From: Anthoceros angustus
Taxonomy: Eukaryota > Plantae > Anthocerotophyta
Reading direction: 5' to 3'
DNA length: 64,000 nucleotides
NCBI GenBank assembly: GCA_010909165.1
Contig: MU008149.1
Location: 186,001 to 250,000, forward strand
The notes under the pieces were generated by a model. That model ran no database searches. It was not told where the DNA came from and saw only the letters and a list, made by a program, of their open reading frames with translations. Made by a program: the position numbers and the translations under genes. Below are positions 61,801 to 64,000 of the stretch, in pieces. Position 1 is the first letter of the stretch; each line of letters opens with the position of its first letter.

Positions 61801-64000
61801 TTTTCCAGAGAATGCGTATCTGGAGGTAAGCCTGCATCTACCCATGCCTTGATATCCTGAGGAGTACTGCAAAATGTTACCAACGAAAAGTCGTCGGAGT
61901 GCTGCAAACCTATCCGTTGAAAGCTGTGCTGCCATTGTTTAAGTATGCTAGCTCGCACAGAGGCTGGAAAGGCACCAAGATAAGCGACATATCCTGCTGC
62001 AAGCAGAGTATCACCCATCAAGTTTTCTCTACGTTTTTTGAGACTAGAGACCTGCTCTGCCCAGCGATGGCATTCCCCATCGAGTCTTGTGATGAGACGT
62101 ATGGCTCGTTGCAATTTCAGTTCTGAATCCTCCGCCTTTCTAACAAGGCTACCCTTTGTAAGACTTGCATTTTCATATCTGCACAGGAATCGATAATGTA
62201 GCTCAGTTAGGAAGGATCTAGGAAGACTACTATCCGCCTTGGTGCCAACTTTGATAAATCTTTTGTACCTGGCTCTCAGGTGGAAAAGACTCTCCTCTAT
62301 TGCTGCGAGGTTCAATCTTTTTTCTTCAAGTTTTTCTTTACATTTTTCAAGATTCTCATTAGCGACCTGCTCGAAACGGATTCTACTTAGTGTTCCACAT
62401 TACAGCAGGGGCAACGGAGCCACTACATTCACCTTGTATTGTACTGTGGACCACTAGACAGCATCTCTCTAGGCCAAAGGGAAAGACAGCACCCACCTTC
62501 AATTTCTCCAGTCTTGGCTCCATTTTGATGGTCTTCGCAACATGGTATTTATACATGGCTCTTATCCATATGCAAATAGAACGACAAGCAACTGATATCC
62601 TTCTTACTTTCTCTGGCTTGAATAGTGGATTCTCCATGTAAGGCCGTAGTTTTTCCATGGTAGAACTTTCCATCCCATCTTTGTTGAAGTTCAAGAGTAG
62701 CTGAACGAAGTTGACCTGCACAAAACTCGAATTCTGTTAAGGTCTGAACAACGCAAATTGACAATGACATAGTATGCTAACTACAAAGGAAAGACCATAC
62801 ATCTTACTTGAGATAGGAGTTCTCGAGCTACAGGCCAGTAATCATCTGTCACTTCATACTTAAGAATCTCATGTGGGACAGAGGGTCGCCTACGTCTGGG
62901 TTTCTTCCTAAGGATAATGCAGAGAGCTTCTAGCACAATAAGTAGACGGGGAGGCGGCTGAGTAAATGATTTCAATTCAGACACATCCTTTTTGTTAAGA
63001 AGGCTGAGCTGTTTGATAGCAGCTGAAACCTGTGTGGGAGCAAGGGTTTTAGAAACTGGAAGGGGAAAAACGAGAAGAAACTAAGAGCCTTATGCTGTTA
63101 ATAATCAGTGTTATCAACCATGTACTACACCTGCGGAGCAACCTCCTCAACTTGCTCTTGAGCAGCTTGTGCCAACTGCCTACACAATTCAGCCTCCTCT
63201 ACAGCAAGCTTCTCCTCATCATAGACAGCTTGTAATGCTTTGTCCATGGCTAACTGCTCATCATATATGGAATTCAGAAGCTGATCCATATCTGAACTGG
63301 TGTGTTCCTTGCAGCTCAAAATTTCCTGGAGATCCTTTTGCATTTGCACAACTAGATTTCGAGTGGATTTGAGCTTCTTCACCCCTGTCTCGAGCCGGTC
63401 CAGATAAGTAGCCAATTCGCCTCCCTTTTTGTCCAGTATGCTACCAAATACATAAAGCATCTCATGATAGCTAGCCAATCCAATCAGCCTCCAAGACCCT
63501 TTCTGCCACACATATCCTTGACGGATAAAATTGGAAGAACTCTTACCCTGCAACGAATCACAGAATCAACGAGTGTAGTCGTTGGGCTATTGTCAAAGTA
63601 AGATGCACATGTGGAATATAGCAGCAACGAGAATAGCTGCGATTCATAAAAAACACACCATCGATAACTCTGAAGCCAGAGCGTTGCTAAGATTGTGCAC
63701 TGCTGAGCATGACTTGACCAAGCTTTCCATGGCTGGATCAGGCCAGGCTTTCACAAGATCATGCTCAGTGAGCTTGACTTTCGCAACTGCCTCAAGGGCT
63801 CCTGGCGTCCACCTATCATAAAAGTCAATTGAGAAGTGGGTGGCTATCAATGTTGAGTCGTAGAAACTGCTCTGGATTGCTTCACTTCCAGAAGAGTTCC
63901 CTGCACAGATCACCTACACACGTCGCCACACCATTTTATCTGGTGAAGCATGATGCTGTTACAAGCATACCTCACGGAGAGATTTAGAGCGCCGGTGACT
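55870..64000 (-). CDS. Divergent axonemal-type dynein heavy chain, 3' part (end of AAA4, stalk/MTBD, AAA5, AAA6, C-terminal domain); continues beyond window
   Basis: RLETGVKKL; ELKSF..PP; SVACRSICIW; GDTLLAAGYVAYLGAF; W..AGLPPD.HSLENAII......LDPQ; LEPIYQW; YPSLKSLASW..DL; WISGLFFPQ; GLFLEGARWD; YSCPIY; C-terminus FWVLRGVALICSSRD* (TAG 55872-55870). Not every exon checked for integrity. Confidence 0.93.

Overview
Eukaryotic, intron-rich land-plant nuclear DNA (GT-AG introns mostly ~90-150 bp, GC-rich exons). An axonemal-type dynein heavy chain implies a plant with flagellated sperm; the compact introns fit a hornwort-like bryophyte (inference). Apparently intact genes: a WIP C2H2 zinc finger (3' part), mitochondrial ATP synthase OSCP head-to-head with tRNA deaminase TAD3, bacterial-type PEP carboxylase, a BTB/POZ protein, a CTL/SLC44 transporter-like protein, a PELPK-like proline-rich protein, an intronless F-box gene and the 3' ~8 kb of a divergent dynein heavy chain. 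Manual splicing also gives a five-exon small gene, mostly missed by the ORF track (6717-7618), encoding a coiled coil plus an EB1 C-terminal-like motif with no CH domain. The rest is a duplication/capture mosaic: three intronless Yippee pseudogenes, a 1.2 kb tandem duplication, four dynein fragments in both orientations, a PELPK pseudogene, a 2OG-dioxygenase fragment and transposon remnants. A recurring module, repeat array - (F-box) - antisense dynein 3' end, occurs twice, once next to a telomere-like junction. All calls come from reading the sequence by eye; no searches or alignments were run.
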